Origin: Gemmatimonadota bacterium
Lineage (GTDB): Bacteria > Latescibacterota > UBA2968 > UBA8231
Direction: 5' to 3'
Assembly (NCBI GenBank): GCA_038128265.1
Contig: JAYPJE010000002.1
Span: forward strand, 1-46,561
DNA: 46,561 nt
The notes below the pieces were generated by a model. It worked only from the letters and a program-made list of their open reading frames with translations, did not search any database and was not told the origin of the DNA. The position numbers and the translations under genes were made by a program. Positions within the stretch are counted from its first letter, which is position 1. Each line of letters starts with the position of its first letter. Of the stretch, positions 1 through 8,476 are shown one piece after another.

Positions 1-1
1 C

Positions 2-766
2 GATAGACAGGCCAATGGGATGCACCGAATGCACTTTGCCGGCGGGTGAGGCGGGCGCTTTGTGCACGGCAAACTGGCGCACGTGGAATTCAATAGTCTG
101 CTCTGCGCTGAGATTGTTGGCCAGATCCATATCGCCGTCGTGCAGCAGGCTTTGGGTGACCCGCAGATACTGGCCCTCGTCGCCGTGCAGCATAGTGATT
201 TGACAGAAATACAGCGCATACAGCCCATAGCCCAGCAGGCAGGTGCAGCCCAGCACGAGGGCCGTAGAGGCGCTGAGCGAGCGCGAAGATGAATCGTCTT
301 TTCCGTCTTGAATTGGGGGACGGTCTGTAGGCCAGTGTATGTAAGAGAGGAAAGCCAGCGCCAGCGCCCAGGTCGCATGCGGCGTCCACAGCAGGGTTAA
401 AATGGGAAGGAGCGCCGTCAGCGGAGACCATAAGGCGGCTAGGCGGACCAGACAGAGGAACAGGGCGAAGAGCGTAATGCGCTGCAGGCGCTCTTGCAGG
501 TAGATCGCACCCTCTGTGCTACCTCTGTGGAGGCGCGCGTAGCACAGCAGTAGGCTAAAAGTGCCAATAAGCCACGGTCCGAAGGGCCAGTCGCCCTGCC
601 AGCCGGTCGGGCTGATAACCAGCTCGAGCGCCTGAATGGCACCGGCCACCTGTACCTCAATGCCGGCGCAGAAAAACCAGGCGCAGAGCACGCTGACGGC
701 AAGGCAAAAGTCGAGCAAGAGGGGGCGCTGGGGATTGAGTCCGATGCGGGCGGCGATACTTCTCAT
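2..766 (-). CDS. Multi-pass membrane protein, probable GT-C-fold glycosyltransferase (partial, runs off the left edge)
   Basis: Hand translation from ATG at 766 (ATGA overlap with the dcd stop) is open to the window edge. It has several hydrophobic segments followed by HGDEGQYLRVTQSLLHDGDMDLANN, resembling the GDE..YL...SL..DGD loop of GT-C/PMT-like membrane proteins. Not in the ORF track. Confidence 0.65.
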   Translation of the reverse strand, partial: MRSIAARIGLNPQRPLLLDFCLAVSVLCAWFFCAGIEVQVAGAIQALELVISPTGWQGDWPFGPWLIGTFSLLLCYARLHRGSTEGAIYLQERLQRITLFALFLCLVRLAALWSPLTALLPILTLLWTPHATWALALAFLSYIHWPTDRPPIQDGKDDSSSRSLSASTALVLGCTCLLGYGLYALYFCQITMLHGDEGQYLRVTQSLLHDGDMDLANNLSAEQTIEFHVRQFAVHKAPASPAGKVHSVHPIGLSI

Positions 767-1308
767 AGAGGTCGCGTGCTCTCGGCGTCGAGGGCGATAC
801 GGCTGCCGGTTGCTTCGCGCTGACCCTGGTATTTGCCCCGGTAGGGGTTGGGGGTTGCCCGATCCATGCGCGCAAAGACGAGCTGGCAAATACGCCGGTC
901 GGCCTGCAGGCGGATTGGCAGGCGATTGGCGTTATACAGCTCCAGCGTGATGGTTCCCTCAAAACCGGGATCGACCCATCCAGCATTTTGTATAAAGAGG
1001 CCAACGCGCCCAATGGAAGAGCGCCCTTCGACAAAGGCCGTCACGTCGTCGGGCAGGCGAATGTACTCGCGCGTGGTGGCCAATAGGAAGGAGTTGGGGG
1101 GAATGATAATTTCGCGCTGGGTGATTTCTTCGTAGCGCACGTCCTCGTCGAGGCGAATTACGTCGAGGCGGTTCTCATCCACTTTGAGAAAGTGATCGCC
1201 GAGGCGCACGTCGATGGAGGCAGGCTGTATCTGCTCTGCTTCGAGCGGTTCGACAAGGAGTTCGCCGCTTTCGAGCATGGCCTTCAGCGTGATGTCGGAA
1301 AGAATCAT
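763..1308 (-). CDS. dcd: dCTP deaminase
   Basis: MILSD start, QPASIDVRLG, EGRSSIGRVGL, AGWVDPGFEGTITLEL, PYRGKYQGQ motifs. Start trimmed from the 1593 ORF to ATG 1308. Confidence 0.95.
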   Translation of the reverse strand: MILSDITLKAMLESGELLVEPLEAEQIQPASIDVRLGDHFLKVDENRLDVIRLDEDVRYEEITQREIIIPPNSFLLATTREYIRLPDDVTAFVEGRSSIGRVGLFIQNAGWVDPGFEGTITLELYNANRLPIRLQADRRICQLVFARMDRATPNPYRGKYQGQREATGSRIALDAESTRPL

Positions 1309-1340
1309 GCGCAGTGCTCGGATCTCTAGGGCCAGTGTGC

Positions 1341-2840
1341 CTACCAGGTGCGTGCCAGCTGGGCCAGCAGGCGCACGCCAAACCCAACGCCGCCTTTGCG
1401 CACGTAGTGACGATGCGCCTCGCTGGACGCCGTGCCGGCGATGTCGAGGTGGGCCCAGGGGTAGCCAGTGGCAAATTCGGCTAGCAGCGCCGCGGCCGTG
1501 CTGGCGCCGCCGGGTGGTCCTCCGGAATTTTTTACATCGGCGATATCGCCCTCTATTTGCTGGCGATATTCGGGCCACAGCGGCAGGCGCCACAGTCGCT
1601 CGTGCGTGTGCGCTCCCGCCTGCAGCAGTCGTTCAGCGAGGTCGTCGTCGTTGGCAAATAGACCGGCGGCATGGTGGCCGAGTGCGGTGACACAGGCCCC
1701 GGTCAGCGTGGCCAGATCGACGACGGCGGATGGCTTAAAGCGTTCTACGTAGCTCAGTGCATCGGCCAAAACAAGGCGTCCCTCGGCATCGGTGCTGAGA
1801 ATTTCAATGGTTTTTCCAGACAGCGTAGTAAGGGCATCGCCTGGTCGAAAGGCATTGCCGTCGGGCATGTTTTCCGCCGCTGCCACTACGCCGATAACGC
1901 GGCGCGGCAGGCCGAGTTCAGCCACCGCTTGCATGGCGCCAAAGACGGCGGCTGCACCCGCCATGTCCTTCTTCATAGATACAATGCCGCTCACGCTTTT
2001 AAGCGACAGGCCGCCGCTATCAAAGGTGATGCCCTTGCCGACAAAGACCAGCGGCTGCTCCCGCTTGCGCGCGTTGTACTCCATGCAGATAAAGCGCGGA
2101 GGATTGGAACTGCCCTGGCCAACGGCCAGCACGGCACCCATGCCGAGTTTGGCCATGGCCTTTTCATCGAGGATGCGCACTTTGATGGCGCTGTATTGCT
2201 GGGCCAGACGACGCGCCTGCTCTGCTAGGTAACGCGGCGTGACGGTATTGCCGGGGTGGTTGACCAAGTCGCGCGCAAAGGCCGTCGCTGAGGCTAACGC
2301 CAGTCCCGAACGCACGCCGCGGCGCACCGCGGCCAGTTTGTCCGCATCAAACTCGACGAGGGTGAGCTGTCGTAGCAAAGGCGTCTGGGGATCCGAGCGG
2401 TAATGCTCAAAGCGATAGAGTGCCAGGGCACTGGCTTCGGCCAGCGCCTGGGCTGCTTCCGCCGATTCGAGGCCGCCAGCACCGCCGCCGTGTAGGATGG
2501 TTGCGGCGCGCCGGCACCCTAACTTATCGAGCGCTATAGCGGCTTGCGCCGCGGCACGTCGAGCCGCTTCGGCGTCGAAAGAGGGCTGTGCGCCTAGGCC
2601 GACGACCAGCACGCGCGGTGCGGCGATCCGCCCTTGGCTATAGAGCAGCAGCGTCTCGCCGCTGGCGCCCTTAAAGTCACCTAGGTCAATGGCTGCACGG
2701 ATTTGTCCGCCGAGTGCGCGGTCTACGGCGGCCGTTGCTCCACCGGGGGCGCTGCCGGCAAACAGGTTGACGACGAGCGCATCGGCGCGCTGTTTTTGAA
2801 TTTCTCCCCGACGTACTGTAATTTTCATATTCGCTTGCAT
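1341..2840 (-). CDS. pepA: Leucyl aminopeptidase (M17)
   Basis: VGKGITFDSGG, MKKDMAGAA, STDAEGRLVLAD, DLATLTGA, HLDIAG motifs. Alternative start at 2828. Confidence 0.95.
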   Translation of the reverse strand: MQANMKITVRRGEIQKQRADALVVNLFAGSAPGGATAAVDRALGGQIRAAIDLGDFKGASGETLLLYSQGRIAAPRVLVVGLGAQPSFDAEAARRAAAQAAIALDKLGCRRAATILHGGGAGGLESAEAAQALAEASALALYRFEHYRSDPQTPLLRQLTLVEFDADKLAAVRRGVRSGLALASATAFARDLVNHPGNTVTPRYLAEQARRLAQQYSAIKVRILDEKAMAKLGMGAVLAVGQGSSNPPRFICMEYNARKREQPLVFVGKGITFDSGGLSLKSVSGIVSMKKDMAGAAAVFGAMQAVAELGLPRRVIGVVAAAENMPDGNAFRPGDALTTLSGKTIEILSTDAEGRLVLADALSYVERFKPSAVVDLATLTGACVTALGHHAAGLFANDDDLAERLLQAGAHTHERLWRLPLWPEYRQQIEGDIADVKNSGGPPGGASTAAALLAEFATGYPWAHLDIAGTASSEAHRHYVRKGGVGFGVRLLAQLARTW

Positions 2841-2851
2841 TTTCGCGCGAA

Positions 2852-2880
2852 AGTATAGATGGGGCCTCGCTTGCTGTCAA
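2852..2880 (-). promoter_or_regulatory. sigma70-type promoter for pepA-dcd-membrane protein
   Basis: Minus strand TTGACA-N17-TATACT just upstream of pepA. Confidence 0.7.
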
Positions 2881-2929
2881 GCTAAGGCCCTCTGTGCACG
2901 GACCCATTGTTGCATATATTCTCTCTGGT

Positions 2930-4306
2930 ATGAACGACCCTGTCTTAGAACAACTGAGCGCCTTTCTCAAGGCCGACCAACTGCTGACTTCGGCGGAAGA
3001 TCTGGACGTGTACTCCTTTGACGGAACGGCTCTTCTCCAGCAAAAGCCGCGGTGCGTCACCCTGCCGGAAAATAGCGCAGAAATAGGTCGCATTCTGCAG
3101 GTGGCCAACGCCGCTAACGTGCCCGTGGTCACACGGGGCTCGGGCACGGGCCTTGCCGGTGGATCGGTGCCGGTAGAAGGATGCATCGTACTCTGCCTCG
3201 TGCGCCTAAACCGCATTTTGGAACTCGATGCGAAAAATCTGGTCATGGTAGTTGAGCCCGGTGTGCTAACGCAGAAAATTGCCGACGAGGCGAATGCGGT
3301 AGGACTCTTTTATCCACCGGATCCCGGCTCGATCAAGATTTCCACAATTGGCGGTAACGTGGCTAACAATTCCGGCGGGCTGCGCGGTCTCAAGTACGGC
3401 GTCACCCGCGATTATATCATGGCGCTCGAAGTCGTTCTGGCCGATGGGCAGGTGCTGCAGACGGGCAGCAAATGCGTCAAAGACGTGGCTGGCTTTTCCC
3501 TGCGCGATCTATTTATTGGCTCGGAGGGCTGTCTGGGTGTGATTACCAAGATTACGCTTAAACTCATACCGCAGCCCGCCGCAAAAAAGACCATGCTGGC
3601 GCTCTTTGACAGCATGACTGCTGCCGCCGATACCATTTCGTCAATCATCGAAAACAAGATTATCCCCTGCACGCTGGAGTTTCTCGATCGGGTAACGGTT
3701 GAGTGCGTCGAGGGCCACGCCAAGATTGGCCTGCCCACCGACTGCGAGGCGCTGCTGCTGATGGAGGTCGATGGGCACTCTGCTGAGGTGGATGAGCAGG
3801 CCGAGCACATTGTGACGCTGGCCCGCGCCGGCGGCGCGCGCGAGGTGCGCCTGGCCGAGTCGGCCGAGGAGGCGCTCAAGCTGGCGTCGGCCAGGCGCAC
3901 GGCGTTTTCGGCGCTGGCTCGCCTGGCGCCAACGGTAGTCCTCGAAGACGTAACGGTGCCTCGCAGCGAATTGGCGCGTATGGTTGGACGCATCGACGAA
4001 GTGGGGCGCCGTCACGGGGTAAAGGTAGGCACCTTCGGCCATATGGGAGACGGCAATTTGCATCCGACTTTCCTGTGTGACGAACGCGATGAGGAGGAGA
4101 TGCAGCGCGTCGAACAGGCTATGCAGGAGGTCTTTGACTTCGCTATTGAACTTGGTGGTACTATTACCGGTGAGCACGGAGTAGGCCTGGCCAAAAAGCC
4201 CTTTTTACCGGCGCAGTTGGGCGACGTCGGCATGGCGATGCTGCGCCGGCTGAAAGACAGCTTTGATCCCAACGGGATCCTCAACCCGGGCAAGGTGTTC
4301 GATTGA
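2930..4306 (+). CDS. glcD: FAD-linked glycolate/lactate oxidase subunit
   Basis: RGSGTGLAGG, YPPDPGS, TIGGNVANNSGG, GSEGCLGVIT, GHMGDGNLH, ITGEHGVG, DPNGILNPGK motifs. Confidence 0.9.
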   Translation: MNDPVLEQLSAFLKADQLLTSAEDLDVYSFDGTALLQQKPRCVTLPENSAEIGRILQVANAANVPVVTRGSGTGLAGGSVPVEGCIVLCLVRLNRILELDAKNLVMVVEPGVLTQKIADEANAVGLFYPPDPGSIKISTIGGNVANNSGGLRGLKYGVTRDYIMALEVVLADGQVLQTGSKCVKDVAGFSLRDLFIGSEGCLGVITKITLKLIPQPAAKKTMLALFDSMTAAADTISSIIENKIIPCTLEFLDRVTVECVEGHAKIGLPTDCEALLLMEVDGHSAEVDEQAEHIVTLARAGGAREVRLAESAEEALKLASARRTAFSALARLAPTVVLEDVTVPRSELARMVGRIDEVGRRHGVKVGTFGHMGDGNLHPTFLCDERDEEEMQRVEQAMQEVFDFAIELGGTITGEHGVGLAKKPFLPAQLGDVGMAMLRRLKDSFDPNGILNPGKVFD

Positions 4307-5613
4307 GCGACGGCGAACTCAACTTGCTGCGCGACTTGGACTATTCCGTCGTGCAGCAGTGCATGCACTGCGGCATGTGTTTGCCGACCTGTCCTACCTA
4401 TGTCGAAACGCTAAACGAGCGCTCTTCGCCGCGCGGCCGCATCGCCATGATGCGCGCCGTTGCCGATGGTCGCCGAGAGCTGAGCGAGGCCTTTGCAGAG
4501 GAGATGTACTTTTGCCTGGGCTGCATGGCCTGTCAGACGGCCTGCCCGGCCGGCGTTAACTATGGCGAACTTTTCGAAAGCGCGCGTGCTGAGGTCGAGC
4601 GCCAGGGGCTGCTAGATACGCCCAAGCGTCGGCGCATTCGCCGCTGGACGCTGCGCTGGCTCTTTGCCGACCAGAGCCGCCTGCGTCGCGTCGCGCGATT
4701 GCTGCGGCTGTATCAGCGCAGCGGACTGGAGCGCCTCGTTCGCTCCGTCGGTCTGCTGCGACTCTTGCCCCGCTCGCTGCGCGAGTTGGAACCGCTGACG
4801 CCGCGCATCAGCCGTGCATTCACTGCCGAACACCATGCCCGTTCGACCGATCCTGCCGATGCGCGCTATACGGTGGCGCTGATCGGCGGCTGCGTGCAGG
4901 ACGTCGCCTTTGCCGAGACAAACGCCGACACCATATACGCGCTGCGGCAAAACGGCTGTCGCGTGTTGCTGCCCGCCGATCAGGTATGCTGCGGTTCGCT
5001 GCACGCGCACAACGGCGACCTCGAATCGGCCCAAGCGCTGGCGCGGCGCAATATCGACGCCTTTGCCCCCGAACAGATCGATGCCATCATCGTTAACGCC
5101 GGCGGCTGCGGTTCACACGTCAAGCACTACGACCACCTCCTACGTGACGACCCCGACTACGCCTCGCGCGCAGAGACGTGGAGCGCGAAAGTGCGGGACG
5201 TACACGAGTTCCTCGCCGAAATTGGCTTTCGCGCACCCACGGCTGGCGGAGGCGTCGGTGCGGTAACCTACCATGAGTCGTGCCACCTCAAACACGGCCA
5301 AGGCGTGTCGGACGCGCCGCGGCAGATTTTGCGCGCCATTCCCGACTTGGAGCTGGTTGAACTGGCCGAAGCGGATTGGTGCTGTGGCAGCGCCGGCATT
5401 TACAATATTACGCAGCCGGAGATGTCGATGCGCCTGCTCGATCGCAAGATGGGCAACGTGCGCGGCACGGGTGCACCCATCGTGGCTACGGGGAACCCAG
5501 GCTGTGCTATTCAACTGCAGCATGGCGGGCACCGCGAGGGCATAGATATTCAGGTGGTGCACCCCATTTCGCTGTTGGCAGGCGCCTATCGCGCCGAGGA
5601 GAACGTGTCGTGA
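4303..5613 (+). CDS. glcF: Glycolate oxidase Fe-S subunit (two 4Fe-4S motifs plus CCG domains)
   Basis: CMHCGMCLPTCP and CLGCMACQTACP ferredoxin motifs, CCGS twice, YHESCHL, NPGC. TTG start overlaps the glcD stop. Confidence 0.88.
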   Translation: MSDGELNLLRDLDYSVVQQCMHCGMCLPTCPTYVETLNERSSPRGRIAMMRAVADGRRELSEAFAEEMYFCLGCMACQTACPAGVNYGELFESARAEVERQGLLDTPKRRRIRRWTLRWLFADQSRLRRVARLLRLYQRSGLERLVRSVGLLRLLPRSLRELEPLTPRISRAFTAEHHARSTDPADARYTVALIGGCVQDVAFAETNADTIYALRQNGCRVLLPADQVCCGSLHAHNGDLESAQALARRNIDAFAPEQIDAIIVNAGGCGSHVKHYDHLLRDDPDYASRAETWSAKVRDVHEFLAEIGFRAPTAGGGVGAVTYHESCHLKHGQGVSDAPRQILRAIPDLELVELAEADWCCGSAGIYNITQPEMSMRLLDRKMGNVRGTGAPIVATGNPGCAIQLQHGGHREGIDIQVVHPISLLAGAYRAEENVS

Positions 5614-5954
5614 AACACTATGGATTGACGATCGACCTGAAGAACGATCCGGATCTGATTGCACAGTATAGAGAACACCATGCCAACCCGTGGCCCGAAC
5701 CGCTGCGCGGACTGCGCGAAATAGGAGTTCTCGATATGAAGATCTTTCTGCTCGGCACGCGCATGTTCATGTACATGACGACAGCGGATGAATTCGAGGC
5801 CGAACGCGACTTTCCCACCTACGTCGAACGCAACCCCAAAGCGGCCGAGTGGGATGCGCTGATGCGCACCTTTCAGCAGCAGGTTGCCGAAGCGAGGGAG
5901 GGCGAGTGGTGGGCGGAGATGGATATGGTTTTCGACTTACAGCTACACGTTTGA
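5610..5954 (+). CDS. L-rhamnose mutarotase family protein
   Basis: GTG start overlapping the glcF stop (GTGA). Y..HH...WPE, M.IF..GTRMFM, W..LM..FQ, WW.EM..VF pattern. Confidence 0.8.
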   Translation: MKHYGLTIDLKNDPDLIAQYREHHANPWPEPLRGLREIGVLDMKIFLLGTRMFMYMTTADEFEAERDFPTYVERNPKAAEWDALMRTFQQQVAEAREGEWWAEMDMVFDLQLHV

Positions 5955-6063
5955 CCGATGGAACAGATCGCACGGCAAGAGGGCGACCGCCGCTGTCGGC
6001 ACGTCATTGCCAAGCGCGTCATACACCACATAGCAGGTAGGGGATACTAAGAGAAAGGAGACC

Positions 6064-7242
6064 ATGCTCGCTGGAGACGATGTGCAGTTAAGCAAGCCAA
6101 CCCGCAGACCGCAAAATCCCTGCTTTTCCTCTGGGCCGTGTGCCAAGCGGCCGGGCTGGAATTTGGACGCGCTTGTCGCTGCTCCGCTGGGTCGCTCGCA
6201 CCGGGGCGCCCTCGGCAAGGCGCGGCTGGCCGAAGTCATCGAGCGCACGCGCGCTGTATTGGAGATTCCGGAAGACTACCGCATCGCCGTTGTGCCTGCT
6301 TCCGATACGGGTGCCGTGGAAATGTGTTTGTGGTCGTTGTTGGGGGAGCGCGGCGTCGATATCGCCGGCTGGGAGAGCTTTGGCAAGGGATGGGTTACCG
6401 ACGTCGTTAAACAGCTCAAGCTGGAAGATGTGCGCGTCTTTACCGCTGAATATGGCCAGCTACCGGACCTAGCGCAGTGGGACAGTCAACGCGATATCGT
6501 CTTTACGTGGAACGGCACGACCTCGGGCGTATGCGTGCCGAATGGAGATTGGATTGCCGATGACAGGCAGGGACTGACGATTTGCGATGCCACGTCGGGC
6601 GTGTTTGCCATGCAACTGCCCTGGGATAAGCTAGATGTAGTAACCTATTCGTGGCAAAAGGCGATGGGAGGCGAAGCGGCGCACGGTATGCTCGTGCTCA
6701 GTCCGCGCGCCGTGCACCGCTTGGAATCCTATGTGCCACCGTGGCCGCTGCCCAAACTCTTTCGCATGACCAAAGCCGGTAAATTGGACGAAGCCCTCTT
6801 TAAGGGCAGCACGATCAATACGCCTTCCATGCTCTGTGTGGAGGACGCGATAGACGGGCTGAAGTGGGCCGAATCTATTGGCGGACTGCCCGAGTTGGTT
6901 CGGCGTTCGCAAATTAATTTGGCCTGTTTGAGCGACTGGGTTGAGTCCAGCGATTGGGCGTCTTTTCTCGCCGAGGACAGCGCATGCCGTTCGAGCACGT
7001 CGATCTGTTTTACGATTGTCGACCCGTGGTACGGCCAGCTTTCTGGCCAGGAGCAGCGAGCGCGGGCTGGAGCGCTTGTCGATTTGCTAGAAGAGGAGGG
7101 CGTCGCCTACGATATCGGCGCCTACCGGGATGCGCCGCCGGGATTGCGTATATGGGGTGGTTCCACCGTGGAGTGCAGCGATATAGAAGCGCTATTGCCC
7201 TGGTTGGACTGGGCTTGGGGACAGGTGAAAGCAGCCGGGTAG
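6064..7242 (+). CDS. serC: Phosphoserine aminotransferase (Methanosarcina/alphaproteobacterial type)
   Basis: [43 protein letters not shown] (PLP lysine), [20 protein letters not shown] before ATG 6064. Confidence 0.93.
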   Translation: MLAGDDVQLSKPTRRPQNPCFSSGPCAKRPGWNLDALVAAPLGRSHRGALGKARLAEVIERTRAVLEIPEDYRIAVVPASDTGAVEMCLWSLLGERGVDIAGWESFGKGWVTDVVKQLKLEDVRVFTAEYGQLPDLAQWDSQRDIVFTWNGTTSGVCVPNGDWIADDRQGLTICDATSGVFAMQLPWDKLDVVTYSWQKAMGGEAAHGMLVLSPRAVHRLESYVPPWPLPKLFRMTKAGKLDEALFKGSTINTPSMLCVEDAIDGLKWAESIGGLPELVRRSQINLACLSDWVESSDWASFLAEDSACRSSTSICFTIVDPWYGQLSGQEQRARAGALVDLLEEEGVAYDIGAYRDAPPGLRIWGGSTVECSDIEALLPWLDWAWGQVKAAG

Positions 7243-7330
7243 ATGTGAGACATTGGATTGCAAAAGGCCATGGGCGTGCTCGGTTGTATATCGAGCACGC
7301 CCCTCGCTGCATACGGGATGGGGTATTGCG

Positions 7331-8317
7331 CTAGCTGGCCAGTTCGTAGGCGGCGAGCATGGTGTTGCCAATCTGGTCTAACGCCTGCTCCCAGGCTTCG
7401 TGCACCGCTTCGGTCCATGCGTCGCCAGCAAACTCTTCCATAACGCAGAGCAACGTGCCGCCAACCATGAGGTAATGGTTGGATTCGACGCCGTAAGACT
7501 GGTGGCGTTTGCCGAGCAAGGTGAGCGCAGAGTTGAGTTTTTCCGGTGAGCGCAGGTTGTTGACCGTTAGCACCAGCGCGTTTATGAGGTGTTTACGCTG
7601 CGCGTCCATATCGACGCTGGCAAAGAGTGGAACTACCTCCGGATAGTCTGCAAACAGCTTTTCGTAAAAGCGTTCTACAAGCGGTTCTGCGCTGGGTGCC
7701 AATAGGGCAAAACTCGATTCGAGTAGTCCTACGTTGAGCCCGTTTTCCCCCTGCGGTACCGACTCCTCTTCCTCTTCCTCGTCGTCCCGGCCGGTTCCCC
7801 ACAGCGTTTCTACTTCCTCTTCAAGGCCGCTGTCCCCCTCTAGCGTCGGCATAGAATCGGGTGGATCGGCTATGTCTGCGGTGCCGTCGGCCGCCGTGTT
7901 TGCGTCGGTCGACGGCCGTTCCTCTGTGTCGGTGCGGTCATCGGGCTCGGTTGCGGAGTGCGTATCGGGAGATGCCTCTTCTTTCCATTCGGGTGCGGGC
8001 TGATTCTGCTCGGCGATATGGGCCACGTCAAACGGAGAACTGGCCTGCGCGTCGCGCAGGAGGATGATGCGATCGCTGCCGCGCTGCCCGGCGTCTTCGA
8101 TTTGCCAACCGCTGCGCGCATATTCGCTTACAGCACGGCGGAAAAAGGCCTCGTTGACAAAGGCTCTGTGCTCGCCGTCGTGGGCGAGGACGATTTCTAG
8201 TGGATTAGTCCCATCGTAGCGGGTAAATACCTCTTGGTCAATCGCCTGCAGCTGCGTTTTCATCCACTGCAGCTCTTGTTCCGTAAGGGTTTTCACTTGG
8301 CGAGGCGTAACGGCCAT
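7331..8317 (-). CDS. Globin-domain protein: unknown N-terminal domain, acidic linker, C-terminal 3/3 globin
   Basis: ATG 8317 with AGGAG RBS. The C-terminal ~135 aa match flavohaemoglobin-type globin landmarks (RFY B10 Tyr, PLF CD1 Phe, Q at E7, GKRH proximal His, YGV...HY..VG..LL, AW). The middle is D/E/T/P-rich. Confidence 0.85.
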   Translation of the reverse strand: MAVTPRQVKTLTEQELQWMKTQLQAIDQEVFTRYDGTNPLEIVLAHDGEHRAFVNEAFFRRAVSEYARSGWQIEDAGQRGSDRIILLRDAQASSPFDVAHIAEQNQPAPEWKEEASPDTHSATEPDDRTDTEERPSTDANTAADGTADIADPPDSMPTLEGDSGLEEEVETLWGTGRDDEEEEEESVPQGENGLNVGLLESSFALLAPSAEPLVERFYEKLFADYPEVVPLFASVDMDAQRKHLINALVLTVNNLRSPEKLNSALTLLGKRHQSYGVESNHYLMVGGTLLCVMEEFAGDAWTEAVHEAWEQALDQIGNTMLAAYELAS

Positions 8318-8358
8318 GGGGGAGATCGCTCCTATATTAATACTAAGTGATACTAAGT

Positions 8359-8385
8359 ATATCGACCGCGGGGAAAAAAAGTTTA
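8359..8385 (-). promoter_or_regulatory. sigma28 (FliA)-type promoter of the globin fusion gene
   Basis: Minus strand TAAA-N15-GTCGATAT versus consensus TAAA-N15-GCCGATAA, directly downstream of an intrinsic terminator. Confidence 0.65.
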
Positions 8386-8411
8386 GGAGCTGATTGGGGA
8401 GTGACGTCGTC

Positions 8412-8450
8412 AAAAAAAGGCCCCATCCCGCGCTGCGGCGGAACGGGGCC
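8412..8450 (-). terminator. Rho-independent terminator after the sulfatase-like gene
   Basis: Minus strand GGCCCCGTTCCG...CGGGATGGGGCC followed by T7. Confidence 0.85.
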
Positions 8451-8476
8451 CGAATGGGGGTATGCAGTGTGCTGCC

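Noticed and set aside
1309..1593. Long N-terminal extension of the dcd ORF in the track (similar extensions on the mutarotase, Prx, Ldh_2 and Gfo ORFs)
   Set aside because: The extensions overlap neighbouring genes or promoter regions and lack family similarity. Downstream starts match the family N-termini and, in most cases, an RBS or stop/start overlap.
7210..7242. SerC C-terminus [10 protein letters not shown] resembling the TWG..K tail
   Set aside because: Cytoplasmic enzyme with no signal peptide. The residues continue the terminal helix and lack the Thr and the spacer.
8340..8358. Direct repeat ATACTAAGT x2 in the globin gene leader
   Set aside because: Only two 9-bp copies with a 10-bp period. 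Not CRISPR-like and too little evidence to call an operator.
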